IMG/VR virus record: IMGVR_UViG_3300042922_000265
Span: 1-64,000 of that record
Origin: a virus
DNA: 64,000 nucleotides
Strand: one strand, 5' to 3'
The position numbers and the translations under genes are program-made. Numbering within the stretch: the first letter of the stretch is position 1; each line of letters begins with the position of its first letter. Of this stretch, positions 46,893-56,160 are shown piece after piece. The notes below the pieces were generated by a model. That model had not been told where the DNA came from. It worked only from the letters and a program-made list of their open reading frames with translations, and did no database searches.

Positions 46893-46963
46893 AGGTGGGG
46901 AGCTTTCGCGGGGTCGTTACACCGCAGGCGCTTGTGTTGTCGTCTCCCCTATGGACCGCAACG

Positions 46964-47036
46964 TAGTTCGGACGGGAATCGAACCCGCGTGTCTCGCCTT
47001 GAAAGGGCAAGTGGCTAGCCAGCACACCACCGAACC
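46964..47036 (-). tRNA. tRNA-Glu(UUC)
   Basis: Anticodon loop CUUUCAA. Confidence 0.88.
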
Positions 47037-47041
47037 ATTGA

Positions 47042-47173
47042 TGAAGGGCATAAAAGTGCAGCCGATGTTTTTAGGTGTTCTACCACTAAACTACGAGGTC
47101 CGGGGACCCCGGCGGGAATCGAACCCGCGCAACCCGCTTGACAGGCGATAACCGACATGCTGTCGGCCCTTCA
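47042..47173 (-). ncRNA. Y RNA, YrlA type (Y5)
   Basis: UGAAGGGCCGA...GUCGGUU / AUGCCCUUCA; T arm, acceptor hairpin, D arm. Confidence 0.85.
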
Positions 47174-47176
47174 ACG

Positions 47177-47249
47177 TAGACCCGGCAGGGATCGAACCTG
47201 CGACATTCCGATTAAGAGTCGGAAGCTCTACCAACTGAGCTACGAGTCC
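47177..47249 (-). tRNA. tRNA-Lys(CUU)
   Basis: Anticodon loop CUCUUAA. Confidence 0.9.
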
Positions 47250-47322
47250 ATACTGTGGGTTTTCCCGGTCCCACCCGGTCCATTTGTCACCGGTAACGGA
47301 CAAACCGGCACCAACGTGTACG

Positions 47323-47395
47323 TAGTCGATGCAGGGATCGAACCTGCGGCCTCCCCGGTGTGAACGGGGCACTCTTCCAACTGAGCTAATCGACC
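47323..47395 (-). tRNA. tRNA-Val(CAC)
   Basis: Anticodon loop UUCACAC. Confidence 0.88.
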
Positions 47396-47589
47396 ATTGG
47401 AGTCTTGGGGAGCACGTCACCGCTCCTCTGCCAGGGTATGAGCCCGGAGTGCTTGCCCTCTTGATCCGACCTGGCAGGGCCAGATCGAAAAGACACAGGT
47501 GACTGAGTCACAGGCCGTTGCCGGGTCGGCTGCCACCGAACACCGAACTTTCCTGTGCGCCACCATGGACGACTTACACCACCGCAACG

Positions 47590-47661
47590 TGCCGACACCA
47601 GGGCTCGAACCTGGTTCTCTGAGGCTTCAACTCAGCGCTTCTCCACTCAAGCTGTGACGGC
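47590..47661 (-). tRNA. tRNA-Phe(GAA)
   Basis: Anticodon loop UUGAAGC. Confidence 0.82.
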
Positions 47662-47745
47662 ATACTTCGGATTACGCGCCGTTTCCCGCGAGGATCTCTA
47701 ACCCGTCCTACGGGGGCACGCATAGGGTTGAACCCCCGTGCTACG

Positions 47746-47818
47746 TGGAACTGGTGGGGATCGAACCCACTGCCTCCGGTATGCCATACCGGCGCTCTAC
47801 CAACTGAGCTACAGCCCC
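47746..47818 (-). tRNA. tRNA-Ala(GGC)
   Basis: Anticodon loop AUGGCAU; G3-U70. Confidence 0.9.
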
Positions 47819-47971
47819 ATTGAAGTTTGATGCCCTGTACCGGGTGGGGAGAGCATGTTCCCCGGATACCCATTGCACCACCCCAGGACATCCAGGCGGT
47901 CCGCGTACCGTTCGGTCAGTGTCGACCCCGACTCGGGTGGTAAACCCATGCGCCCCCATAGGGTCCTAACG

Positions 47972-48042
47972 AGCGCCTGACAGGAATCGAACCTGCGTAG
48001 CCAGCTTGGAAGGCTGGAGCACGACCACTATGCCACAAGCGC
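47972..48042 (-). tRNA. tRNA-Gly(UCC)
   Basis: Anticodon loop CUUCCAA. Confidence 0.88.
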
Positions 48043-48131
48043 AATGTCCACGTTCGGTCGTCTTGGCGGTGGACGCGCCTCAATGAGGGGATCTAAACCC
48101 TGGACCTTCTACACAACTATACCACTTCAAG

Positions 48132-48207
48132 TGGGGAGACCGACCGGAATCGAACCGGCGAAGGCCAGGGTCACATCCTGACTGCACAACCAGCAGTGCA
48201 CGGCCTC
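48132..48207 (-). tRNA. tRNA-His(GUG)
   Basis: Anticodon loop AUGUGAC; C73 and encoded CCA. Confidence 0.8.
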
Positions 48208-48209
48208 AG

Positions 48210-48283
48210 TAGCTCGTACGGGACTCGAACCCGTCATCTCCGCCTTGAGAGGGCGGCGAGATTACCATCTACTCCAACGAGCC
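48210..48283 (-). tRNA. tRNA-Glu(CUC)
   Basis: Anticodon loop CUCUCAA. Confidence 0.9.
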
Positions 48284-48342
48284 ATTGGGGAGCCTTCACA
48301 GGGCGCTCCCGAACCCTTTAGTCCGTTATCAGGACCATAACG

Positions 48343-48414
48343 AGCGCCTACCTGGAATCGAACCAGGGAATAGCGGGTTTGCAATCCGCCGCGTTGCCAT
48401 TTCGCCATAGACGC
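48343..48414 (-). tRNA. tRNA-Cys(GCA)
   Basis: Anticodon loop UUGCAAA; U73. Confidence 0.88.
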
Positions 48415-48418
48415 AGAG

Positions 48419-48491
48419 TGGAGATAATGGGAATTGAACCCACCACACCGATCTTGCAAGGATCAGTCGCCCCCAAGGAACATGTACCCCC
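48419..48491 (-). tRNA. tRNA-Ala(UGC)
   Basis: Anticodon loop CUUGCAA; G3-U70. Confidence 0.85.
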
Positions 48492-48496
48492 ATTGT

Positions 48497-48623
48497 GATC
48501 TTGGATATTGCTTGAGGCCGGAACGCCCCGCCAGCACGGTTTCCCGTTGGGGCTGTCCAGACCATGGGTGGTCTGGACTGGAATCGAACCAGTGATAACC
48601 GACTACTCGGTCGACCCAAGATC
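48497..48623 (-). ncRNA. Y-RNA-like element Y6
   Basis: GAUCUUGGGUCGA...GUCGGUU / AUAUCCAAGAUC; T arm, acceptor hairpin, expanded D-like region. Confidence 0.78.
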
Positions 48624-48627
48624 TTAG

Positions 48628-48701
48628 TCGCGGAGGGAGGATTTGAACCTCCGACCTCCAGGTTATGAGCCTGGCGGGCTACCGAACTGCCCTACCCCGC
48701 T
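48628..48701 (-). tRNA. tRNA-Met(CAU), initiator-like
   Basis: 1:72 mismatch; anticodon loop CUCAUAA. Confidence 0.85.
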
Positions 48702-48851
48702 ACCGTGTCCCTGCTGTTGCCAGCAGGGACGGTGCCTAGAGGAATGGTGGCCTCTAGGCGGATCTATGTACTACACTATGGAGTTCTCAAGATTCAAACG
48801 AACTAGAGTAAAAGGTACCTCTAGTCGGTCAATCCCGCAAGGGATTAAACG

Positions 48852-48935
48852 TGCCGCATTGAGGAATCGAACCTCACCGTCCCGAAGGCCACAGGGTTAC
48901 AGCCTGCTCCCAAACACCAGTTGGGCATATACGGC
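48852..48935 (-). tRNA. tRNA-Tyr(GUA)
   Basis: Anticodon loop CUGUAAC; long variable arm. Confidence 0.85.
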
Positions 48936-48936
48936 A

Positions 48937-49011
48937 TGGCGAGGACTGGAGGAATCGAACCCCCTCGTGACGGGTTTGGAAGCCGTTGCCATCCCATTAG
49001 GCGAAGTCCCC
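48937..49011 (-). tRNA. tRNA-Trp(CCA)
   Basis: Anticodon loop UUCCAAA; encoded CCA. Confidence 0.88.
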
Positions 49012-49043
49012 ATCGCATGCTGCAGATATTCAGTTGTTTTACG

Positions 49044-49114
49044 TCGGGATGGGAGGAGTCGAACCTCCGCCACCTGGTCCCAAACCAGGCATGATTCCGT
49101 TTCACTACACCCCG
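49044..49114 (-). tRNA. tRNA-Pro(UGG)
   Basis: Anticodon loop UUUGGGA. Confidence 0.88.
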
Positions 49115-49139
49115 CTCGTCGCGGAGGTTACTCCGGCGA

Positions 49140-49220
49140 CTAAAGAACGATGCGCTTATGCCACGGTCGATAGGGCGCTCGTTCGAGCATCCCTCGCGTG
49201 GTATCGGCAGTCGTAAACAT
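49140..49220 (-). CDS. Leaderless 26-aa peptide MFTTADTTRGMLERAPYRPWHKRIVL
   Basis: ATG 7 nt after a TATGGT -10. Confidence 0.45.
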   Translation of the reverse strand: MFTTADTTRGMLERAPYRPWHKRIVL

Positions 49221-49258
49221 GGGACCTACCATAGCACAGGTCCCATCGAGCTTGTCAA
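49219..49258 (-). promoter_or_regulatory. Promoter of the main RNA island
   Basis: TTGACA-19 nt-TATGGT; the -10 is flanked by an ATGGGACCT/AGGTCCCAT inverted repeat. Confidence 0.7.
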
Positions 49259-49263
49259 CACCT

Positions 49264-50523
49264 CTACTTGAACAGAGGCAGATCCCGCTTCGGGACGGCC
49301 ACCCGCACCCAGGAGTCTCCCAGGTAGGTGACCACAATCTCCTCGTCGATCACGTAATAGGTCTCGCGCTGTTCGGGGTTGCGGGGCAGGTCGGTGAGGT
49401 GTTCCACGCGCCAGTTGCGGTACTCGCGCTTGGCCTCGTCAGGGGTGCGTCCCGACAAGCAGACAGAGCACCTGTAGCCCGGAGGCTGCCTGTCCCAGCC
49501 CATGACGGGGTTCTCGGTATCCAAGAGACCGCACTGGGCACAGGTGGCCAGGAATCCCTGGGTGGGCAGCTCATTGGCCTGGATCGGCGAGGTAGCCCGC
49601 TGGTAGGCCGTGCGGACCCGATTCTCGGTAGCCTCCACCCCGGCCTCGAATCGAGAACCATTGATCGAGACCGGACCCGGCATCTGATACCGGGTGAAGT
49701 CCTTGGCATCGACCTCGGCGTTGATCGCCCCCTGCAGGTAATGCTGCAGCGGGTCGTGGGCCAGAATCACACCCAGGCGATCCAGGAATGGGCTTCTGGA
49801 CTCGATCTTGTCAGCGCGCACCGCTCGCGCCGCTACGACGTCGTCGGACCGCTGCGACCATGCGTTCGCGCTCGCGCTTTCGGCGGCGACACTCTCGGCA
49901 CGAGCACCCATCGGGCGAAGCGGGTGACAAGCCGCGCAGCGCCATCCAGCGACGGTGTTGTAGCTCCCGTTGGTCCCGTCCTCGGATTTGCGGTGGCACA
50001 CCGTGCACTCCCAGTGACTCACCTCCTGGTACGCCGTCGGCGGGAACGAGACGAGCGTATCGCCCCTGAAGGTGGTGATCTTCTGCGCCGTCGTCGTCGG
50101 GACGGCTGCCTCTTTTGGGAGATCAGGACCATCTGGCTGGACCTGGACCATCAGGCCGTCATCGGTCATCCGCCACAGACGCATGTGGACATCGCGGTCC
50201 TTGGTCAGAGTCTCGCGCAGCTTCAGCATGCAGGGCTTGCAGCCCATCTCCAGCTGCTCCAGCCAGACGACCGACTCGACGTTGTGATCGCCCCTGATGC
50301 AGTAGTACTTGGTCTCAGCCTGGGTCACTTGATCCTCCGTGGGTGTGTCGACCTCGGAAGACTGCTTCCTGCGGTCGATGGCCATGTTAGCGAACATGAC
50401 CCCGAACATGGCAATGAGCACCGAATCCATCATTGGCGGTGGGACCGGCTCATACACCTGAAACCCCGTCCACACGGTGGTGGACAAGGCGCAGGCGATG
50501 GTACTGGCGTGACGTCTGTTCAC
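49264..50523 (-). CDS. Hypothetical protein with N-terminal transmembrane segments and CxxC motifs (possibly two genes)
   Basis: Long ORF; internal GGAGG-GTG near 50330. Confidence 0.5.
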   Translation of the reverse strand: MNRRHASTIACALSTTVWTGFQVYEPVPPPMMDSVLIAMFGVMFANMAIDRRKQSSEVDTPTEDQVTQAETKYYCIRGDHNVESVVWLEQLEMGCKPCMLKLRETLTKDRDVHMRLWRMTDDGLMVQVQPDGPDLPKEAAVPTTTAQKITTFRGDTLVSFPPTAYQEVSHWECTVCHRKSEDGTNGSYNTVAGWRCAACHPLRPMGARAESVAAESASANAWSQRSDDVVAARAVRADKIESRSPFLDRLGVILAHDPLQHYLQGAINAEVDAKDFTRYQMPGPVSINGSRFEAGVEATENRVRTAYQRATSPIQANELPTQGFLATCAQCGLLDTENPVMGWDRQPPGYRCSVCLSGRTPDEAKREYRNWRVEHLTDLPRNPEQRETYYVIDEEIVVTYLGDSWVRVAVPKRDLPLFK

Positions 50524-50655
50524 AGGTGGTAGAACCAGACCGCCAAACCCATGGCAGCGGCGAAGAAAGTCCACCCGGCGGCGGCCCCTCCCCAGACGGC
50601 GGGCAGGAAGTCTTTGAAATTCGGGTCGTCCATTATTGCTCCTTCTCGGGGGTGG

Positions 50656-50820
50656 TTAGAGGACGACGAGTTCGTGGTCGCTGAACTTCAGCTGTTGGAC
50701 CTCGTGTCCGATCGCGATGGCGACCAGGATATTGAGCTGGTCTTGGATCTCGATGATGACGCCGGTCATGTCGAGGAACACGTCATCACCAGAAACGATG
50801 ACGCGGTCGCCGACCTTCAC
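50656..50820 (-). CDS. 54-aa KOW-motif protein
   Basis: VKVGDRVIVSGDDVFLDMTGVIIEI...; GTGA overlap with the upstream gene. Confidence 0.6.
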   Translation of the reverse strand: MKVGDRVIVSGDDVFLDMTGVIIEIQDQLNILVAIAIGHEVQQLKFSDHELVVL

Positions 50821-50960
50821 CGCCCCTGCTTCCAGGAGTTGCGGTTACCCTTGCCGGGACGCTTGGCCTGGCGGGCCTTGTTGGCGGGCTTGGCAGCGGC
50901 GCGAGCCTGCGCGGTGCGGCGCTCGGCGTGCGCGCGTCCGGTGCTGATGTCGTTGCTCAT
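50817..50960 (-). CDS. 47-aa basic protein, leaderless
   Basis: TTGCGC-17 nt-CATACT, then 6 nt to the ATG; R/K/A-rich. Confidence 0.55.
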   Translation of the reverse strand: MSNDISTGRAHAERRTAQARAAAKPANKARQAKRPGKGNRNSWKQGR

Positions 50961-50998
50961 AGTTCAAGTATGACAGGAACTAGAACAACGCGCAACCC

Positions 50999-52312
50999 TT
51001 ACGAGACAGGAATCCCCAGGGCGTCGACAGCCAGGTCGGCCAGGACCTGATGGCCTGCGGCGTTCAGGTGGAACTCATCGGCGTAGAGCGCAGGGTGCTC
51101 CGAGAACGGCGGGATCTGCGGCCAGAAGTCCAGCAGCGCGGTGCCAGCGGTGTCGGCCACAGCCAGCACCTGGTCCCGAACAGTGCTCCAGGTCGGCTGC
51201 CAGTAGGTCTGCAGCGCGACGTCGGCGTTCGGGCAGATGTCGCGCATCTCGGTGACGACGGTGGACAGATTCACGGCCACGTCGTCGATGATGATCGGAT
51301 CATCCAGGTCGTTGGCTCCCAGGGCGATGATCACCAGATCGGGGTCGAAACCGTCGGCCAGGGCACGGGGGATGGCGTTACCCCAGTCCTCGACCGCCGT
51401 GGTGCCGCCGGTCAGACGGTCTACCCACCACTTGGCCGTCACATCCGGTTGAGCCAGACTCATCACGTCCAGCTTGGCGTCGCTCACCTTGGCGTTGAAG
51501 CCGTACCAATAGGTCTCGCCACTGCCGCCGTTGGGACGAACGCTCAGGTCCGCCGCACCGCCCATGTCAGCGATGCGCTGATAGTCGATCAAGCCGGTCT
51601 CTGGCCAACCGTTCGACCAGACGCTACCGGGGACCCACGGTCCCTGCCAGGAGCCCTCGTCGTAGCGCCATTGGCCCATCTGTGCCGAATCCGGGGCGAA
51701 CAACACGTCGATGTCGGTCAGGTGGGCCACATCGTTGAATCGGCTGATCTGGGCATCGAGCAAACCGTTGGCGAAGGCGACGTCCAGGTAACCCGCAGGC
51801 TCATCGGCGCGCTGGGGATCGAACCACATGCGACCAGCCAACTGATGCTGCCAGCTGTAGCGTTCCGAGGAGGCCGAATCCCCGACGATCAAGATGCGGG
51901 GATTACGGGTGCCGCGCAGTCCCACAGCGGCACGCCAGTGGTTCAGCTCGGCACCGGGACGACCGGCGACGTTGAGGGTCGCACGAGCCTGGGAGACGGT
52001 CTGAGAGCCGAGAAGGGTGCGCCCAACCGCACCGGAATCAGTAATGTCGGCACGCTGCAGAACAACGGCCCCGTCGCGCCCGGCGACCGAGGTCACCGGG
52101 GCGCTCTGCAGCGCGCTGTTGGCGTTCGCCAGGGCGCTCTGGACGGCGGTGGAGAGGTCTCCGGTAGGGATGCCCGCACCCGGCTTGGTGTACTTGGCTG
52201 TGGCGAGGGTGTGCGCATCGTCGATGCCGGTCTCGATGTGGTTGAGACGCTCGGCGGAGATGGGCGAGTCGGTCGACGGGGCGTCGACCCATGTCTGCTT
52301 GAGGTAGGCCAT
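50999..52312 (-). CDS. Minor tail protein with an SGNH/GDSL hydrolase domain
   Basis: P.SAERLNHIE.GI head, VTSVAGR.G repeat, and GDS / GAND / DEFH blocks. Confidence 0.8.
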   Translation of the reverse strand: MAYLKQTWVDAPSTDSPISAERLNHIETGIDDAHTLATAKYTKPGAGIPTGDLSTAVQSALANANSALQSAPVTSVAGRDGAVVLQRADITDSGAVGRTLLGSQTVSQARATLNVAGRPGAELNHWRAAVGLRGTRNPRILIVGDSASSERYSWQHQLAGRMWFDPQRADEPAGYLDVAFANGLLDAQISRFNDVAHLTDIDVLFAPDSAQMGQWRYDEGSWQGPWVPGSVWSNGWPETGLIDYQRIADMGGAADLSVRPNGGSGETYWYGFNAKVSDAKLDVMSLAQPDVTAKWWVDRLTGGTTAVEDWGNAIPRALADGFDPDLVIIALGANDLDDPIIIDDVAVNLSTVVTEMRDICPNADVALQTYWQPTWSTVRDQVLAVADTAGTALLDFWPQIPPFSEHPALYADEFHLNAAGHQVLADLAVDALGIPVS

Positions 52313-52319
52313 CAGTTTC

Positions 52320-55300
52320 TCACTTCAGGTAGTAGGGGGTGACGCGGCAGCCGTACGCCCAGGCGCGCGGTGACAGGATGGTGGCCGTGACGCTGACGTC
52401 AGTGACCGGGGTGGTGGTGGTCAGGACCGCCCGACCATCGGCGTAGCGAAGGTCGGTGACCTCATGCAGGTAGGCCCCGACGCTGCCCAGGCGCACGAAA
52501 TAACGAACCAGGGCGACGTCGGTGTAGAGGTCGGACAAGTAGACCTCGTCCTCGTCGTCGCCTTCCAGGGTGAAATGCACCTCGTAGTCCTGGTCGTCTC
52601 CGGCAGGAATCTCGACGAACTTGGTGGTGAACTCGTGCCACCGGCCAGCCGGGGCATTCACGGTCTCCTCGTAGACGATTACACCGTCACTGATCCGCCG
52701 GAGGCGGACGGTGGCCATGTTGTCGTTGGCGACGGGCTTGTAGAAGACGGCACCGATGCGGAAGAGGCCCTGCGGAACGAAATTCGTCCACTGCTTGACC
52801 TTGATACCAGCCTCACCAGCGCCCGCATCCCGGCGAAAGCGTAGAACGCGCTTGCCCTGGTAGCGCCGTCCAGGATCGACACTGATACCGACCAGCTGAT
52901 AAGGACTTCCCCACGTAGCTTCCTCAGACGCCCACGTTTTCTGTGTGTCACCCCAGGTACCTCCAGGCATCGTCTCGGGAATGGTGCGGGTGTAGTAGGC
53001 CAGCTGTGTGTCGTCAATCGACTGGCTGTCCGGGTTGATGTCGGCCCACATGCTGTCGCCGCGCACCAGGCCGGAGTCCTTGAAATCGACAGCGACTTTG
53101 GCGAACGACGATCGGGTCTGCAGGGCCTTGAACACGGTGGCCACCGTGGTGTCGGTGGTGTCCAGGGAGACCCCGTCAAACCACAGCTGACCTTCGCTGG
53201 CCGCGCCGGTCACCTGCAGGAAAACTCGCATTCGGTTGACCCCGTCGGGCACCGTGACGATCGCGTCACGGTCCTCCCAGAAGGTATAGGTAATCGCGTC
53301 CTCGTGCGGGATCTCATCGAGCACCTCGGTGTCGACCAGCGTGTCGTTCGAGTAGAACCGCACCCCCCAGCGCATGACGATCGCATCGGGGTCGTCGGCG
53401 ACGTTGTCGCCCGAAACGGGGTAGTTGAAGGGGCTCGGGTAGGTGTCGGTGCCGGGGTAACGCGGGGCGTAGCCGACCTCCCGCGTCATGACACCCAAGC
53501 TGATCTTGATCTCGTCATCGGGTGCGACATCGGCCAGCGCGGACAGCAACACGTTGTCGATACCGGCAGCGTCCACGCGCGCGGCACCGCGCTCCCAGTG
53601 GCCCTTGATCGGGTCCCAGGCCCAGTTACCGGACTCGACGATCCAGTTGGCCAGGTTGCGCTCGAACAGTCGGTTGGCCACCTGGTAGGTCTTCTTCTGA
53701 GTGGTCGTCGGACCGGACGGCAGCTGACGGATGTGATTGGTGACGAACTGGTCAGGATCGTAGGTCGGGAAGTCGTAGAACGGCTTGTCCTCACCCGCGA
53801 TGAACGTCGACTGCATCGGGGTGATCTCACGGACGGCAGCGAAGTAGGCGATGGCCGCGTCCCGCTTGACCGTCTTGTAGTCGTAGCGGTGCACGGCGGT
53901 GGTGTTGAAGCGGACACGCTTCTCCAAGGTCAGCTTGCGCTCGATCACCGTGGAGGTGTCGGTCAGCTTCTCCATGACGTAGGCCGGGACCTTGAGCTGC
54001 TGACCAGGGTAGATCCACCAGTCCGTGCCCCGGATCGGCAGTGTGCCGGTGGTCTTGACGTGGGTGATCGCGCCGGGGTTGGCGGTCTCGATGTCCTCCC
54101 ACGGCACGTCGGTGTACTGAGCGAGCTTCTGCAGGCCCTCGGCCTTGATGACCGTGACGTAGGCGTTCTCGCTCAGGATGTAGGGCTGCAGCTCCTCGCG
54201 GCGGTAGACGTACTGGCTGCCCATCTCCAGACGGCGGTATTTCTCCAGGTCCAGATTGCCCGCGTTGGGCAGTGTCTCGCTGATGTAGCCGTTGCCCTGT
54301 TCGATCTGGATGACGTCGTACTGGGTGTTGAGCACGGAGCCGACCGCTGACAGCACGCTGGCCGGGTTGAGCCAGTTGACCGAACGCACGCCGTTGGTGC
54401 TGATGTAGGTGCCCAGGCCCAGGAAGCCGCCCTTGCCGGAGTAGTGGCGGATGCCCTGGCTGGACTGCTGGACAACCGAGGTCGGGAAGACCTTGTACCG
54501 GATCTCGATGTCGGACTCATAGATCGGGTACGGCTGCTCGGTGAGCTGGGAGAACTCGAACTTCCAGTACTTGGCACTGATCGCCTGGGGCAGAAACAGC
54601 ATGCCCTTCTCGACGACGAAGTTGCGCCAGACTGGGGTCCATTCCTTGTCCTCGAACGTGGTCTCGCTCATGCCGCCGGAACCGTGCTCCTGGGCGGTCC
54701 AGGAGACGGCATAGACCGCGTTATCCAGGCTGGTGGCCGGGACAATTCCGGTGGCCGGGTCCGGGATGACCGGGTCCGGGTCGACGTAGTAAGTCGGATT
54801 GGCGATGAAACCCTCGACGTGTCCGACGTAGCGCTCCATTTTGACGATGAGCGCACTAATGGTGCCCCGGAAATTCCAGATCTCGCTGGTGCCGTCGAAA
54901 CTCACTTGCAGCGGCAGCGTGGGCGGGTTGGACTCCACCTCGGCGATGGTCACGCCACGATGGTTGACCACCCTCAGCAAGACGGTGTCGGGGTTGTAGC
55001 GCCACCCGGCGACGATCTTGAGGGTGTCTCCGGCCTCGAATGCGGAGGTGATCGGCGCGCTGTAGGTGCGGGTGTCAGCACCGTTGTCAAACTGCAGGGT
55101 GAACTCGCCCGCACCCACGTCGTACTCGACGGTGGGCTTCCACTGGCCGCCAGGCTCGCGCACGCGGTACAACACGGGGTTCTGCGGCGGACCGGTGCCA
55201 GCGGCGAAGTCAGGGGTCCATTCGACACCGATCCAGGCCGCCTGGCCAATCTGCGGACCGAGCCCCATGGTCCAGCGGTAGTAGCTCTCCTGGATGCCCG

Positions 55301-56156
55301 TAGAGGTGTCGTAGCGGCCCCGGCCCAGTCGCCATTCGGTGTTCTGATCCTCGTTCGGGCGCAAGCTGATGGGGTTCAGCTTGCGGGTGCCGATCGTGTC
55401 ATCGCTGGAGTAGTAGAGGTTCAGGTGCTGGCCGGTGTAGACCGGGTCGATGTAGAACTTGTCGATGGAGCGCGGACCGCCCTCGTCGTTGCGCAGGTCC
55501 AGGAACAGGTTGGCCACCGCCGCCGGGTCGGGCATGGGGGCGGACTTCCAGAAGGTGTAGGGGTCATCGTCGACTGCCTGGGAGGCGTCCCAGTCCTTGA
55601 TGTACTTGGTGACGACGTTGCCGAGGATGTCCTGCTCTTCCTCGAAATACTGCTGGCCCTGCGCACGGTCGTAGACGTTGCGCCGGATCAGACCGTTGCG
55701 CAGGCCGATGACGTAGGGTGCGCCTTCCAGGGTCAAATCGTTGACGCGCTCGACCAGGATGCGCATCTGCTTGGCGACCACCGGGTAGACCCGGCTGGTG
55801 AACTTGTAGAAGCTCTTGGCGTCCGCGCGGGACACGTTGATCCGCAGCGGCAGCCGGGTCATGTCCAGCATGGGACGCCAGTTGTTGCTGCGATCCTGGT
55901 ACTCGAATGTGACCACGCACGGCATGCGCAGGATCTCGATCGAGACCTCCGAGATGCTCAGTGGCAGCTTGAAGGTGGTCGTGATGACTTCCGCGCCACC
56001 GTCGGCGAACGGGCGAGGCTGGCTGAACCACTCGCGGGTCGCCGGGTCGATGACCTGGGCGTCCGGGCCGCGCTTGCCGAAGATGGCGTGCAGAATCATC
56101 TGCACCACCTTCATCGGGTAGTGGAAGTCGAAGTAGAACTTCTGCTGATCGGCCAC
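52320..56156 (-). CDS. Large minor tail/baseplate protein
   Basis: 1278 aa beta-rich ORF in the baseplate operon. Confidence 0.7.
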   Translation of the reverse strand: MADQQKFYFDFHYPMKVVQMILHAIFGKRGPDAQVIDPATREWFSQPRPFADGGAEVITTTFKLPLSISEVSIEILRMPCVVTFEYQDRSNNWRPMLDMTRLPLRINVSRADAKSFYKFTSRVYPVVAKQMRILVERVNDLTLEGAPYVIGLRNGLIRRNVYDRAQGQQYFEEEQDILGNVVTKYIKDWDASQAVDDDPYTFWKSAPMPDPAAVANLFLDLRNDEGGPRSIDKFYIDPVYTGQHLNLYYSSDDTIGTRKLNPISLRPNEDQNTEWRLGRGRYDTSTGIQESYYRWTMGLGPQIGQAAWIGVEWTPDFAAGTGPPQNPVLYRVREPGGQWKPTVEYDVGAGEFTLQFDNGADTRTYSAPITSAFEAGDTLKIVAGWRYNPDTVLLRVVNHRGVTIAEVESNPPTLPLQVSFDGTSEIWNFRGTISALIVKMERYVGHVEGFIANPTYYVDPDPVIPDPATGIVPATSLDNAVYAVSWTAQEHGSGGMSETTFEDKEWTPVWRNFVVEKGMLFLPQAISAKYWKFEFSQLTEQPYPIYESDIEIRYKVFPTSVVQQSSQGIRHYSGKGGFLGLGTYISTNGVRSVNWLNPASVLSAVGSVLNTQYDVIQIEQGNGYISETLPNAGNLDLEKYRRLEMGSQYVYRREELQPYILSENAYVTVIKAEGLQKLAQYTDVPWEDIETANPGAITHVKTTGTLPIRGTDWWIYPGQQLKVPAYVMEKLTDTSTVIERKLTLEKRVRFNTTAVHRYDYKTVKRDAAIAYFAAVREITPMQSTFIAGEDKPFYDFPTYDPDQFVTNHIRQLPSGPTTTQKKTYQVANRLFERNLANWIVESGNWAWDPIKGHWERGAARVDAAGIDNVLLSALADVAPDDEIKISLGVMTREVGYAPRYPGTDTYPSPFNYPVSGDNVADDPDAIVMRWGVRFYSNDTLVDTEVLDEIPHEDAITYTFWEDRDAIVTVPDGVNRMRVFLQVTGAASEGQLWFDGVSLDTTDTTVATVFKALQTRSSFAKVAVDFKDSGLVRGDSMWADINPDSQSIDDTQLAYYTRTIPETMPGGTWGDTQKTWASEEATWGSPYQLVGISVDPGRRYQGKRVLRFRRDAGAGEAGIKVKQWTNFVPQGLFRIGAVFYKPVANDNMATVRLRRISDGVIVYEETVNAPAGRWHEFTTKFVEIPAGDDQDYEVHFTLEGDDEDEVYLSDLYTDVALVRYFVRLGSVGAYLHEVTDLRYADGRAVLTTTTPVTDVSVTATILSPRAWAYGCRVTPYYLK

Positions 56157-56160
56157 TGGG

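Noticed and set aside
47500-47560. RNase P RNA-like CAGGAAAGUUCGG motif
   Set aside because: No matching 3' P4 strand (ACAxAAxxCGGCUUA) and the region is too short
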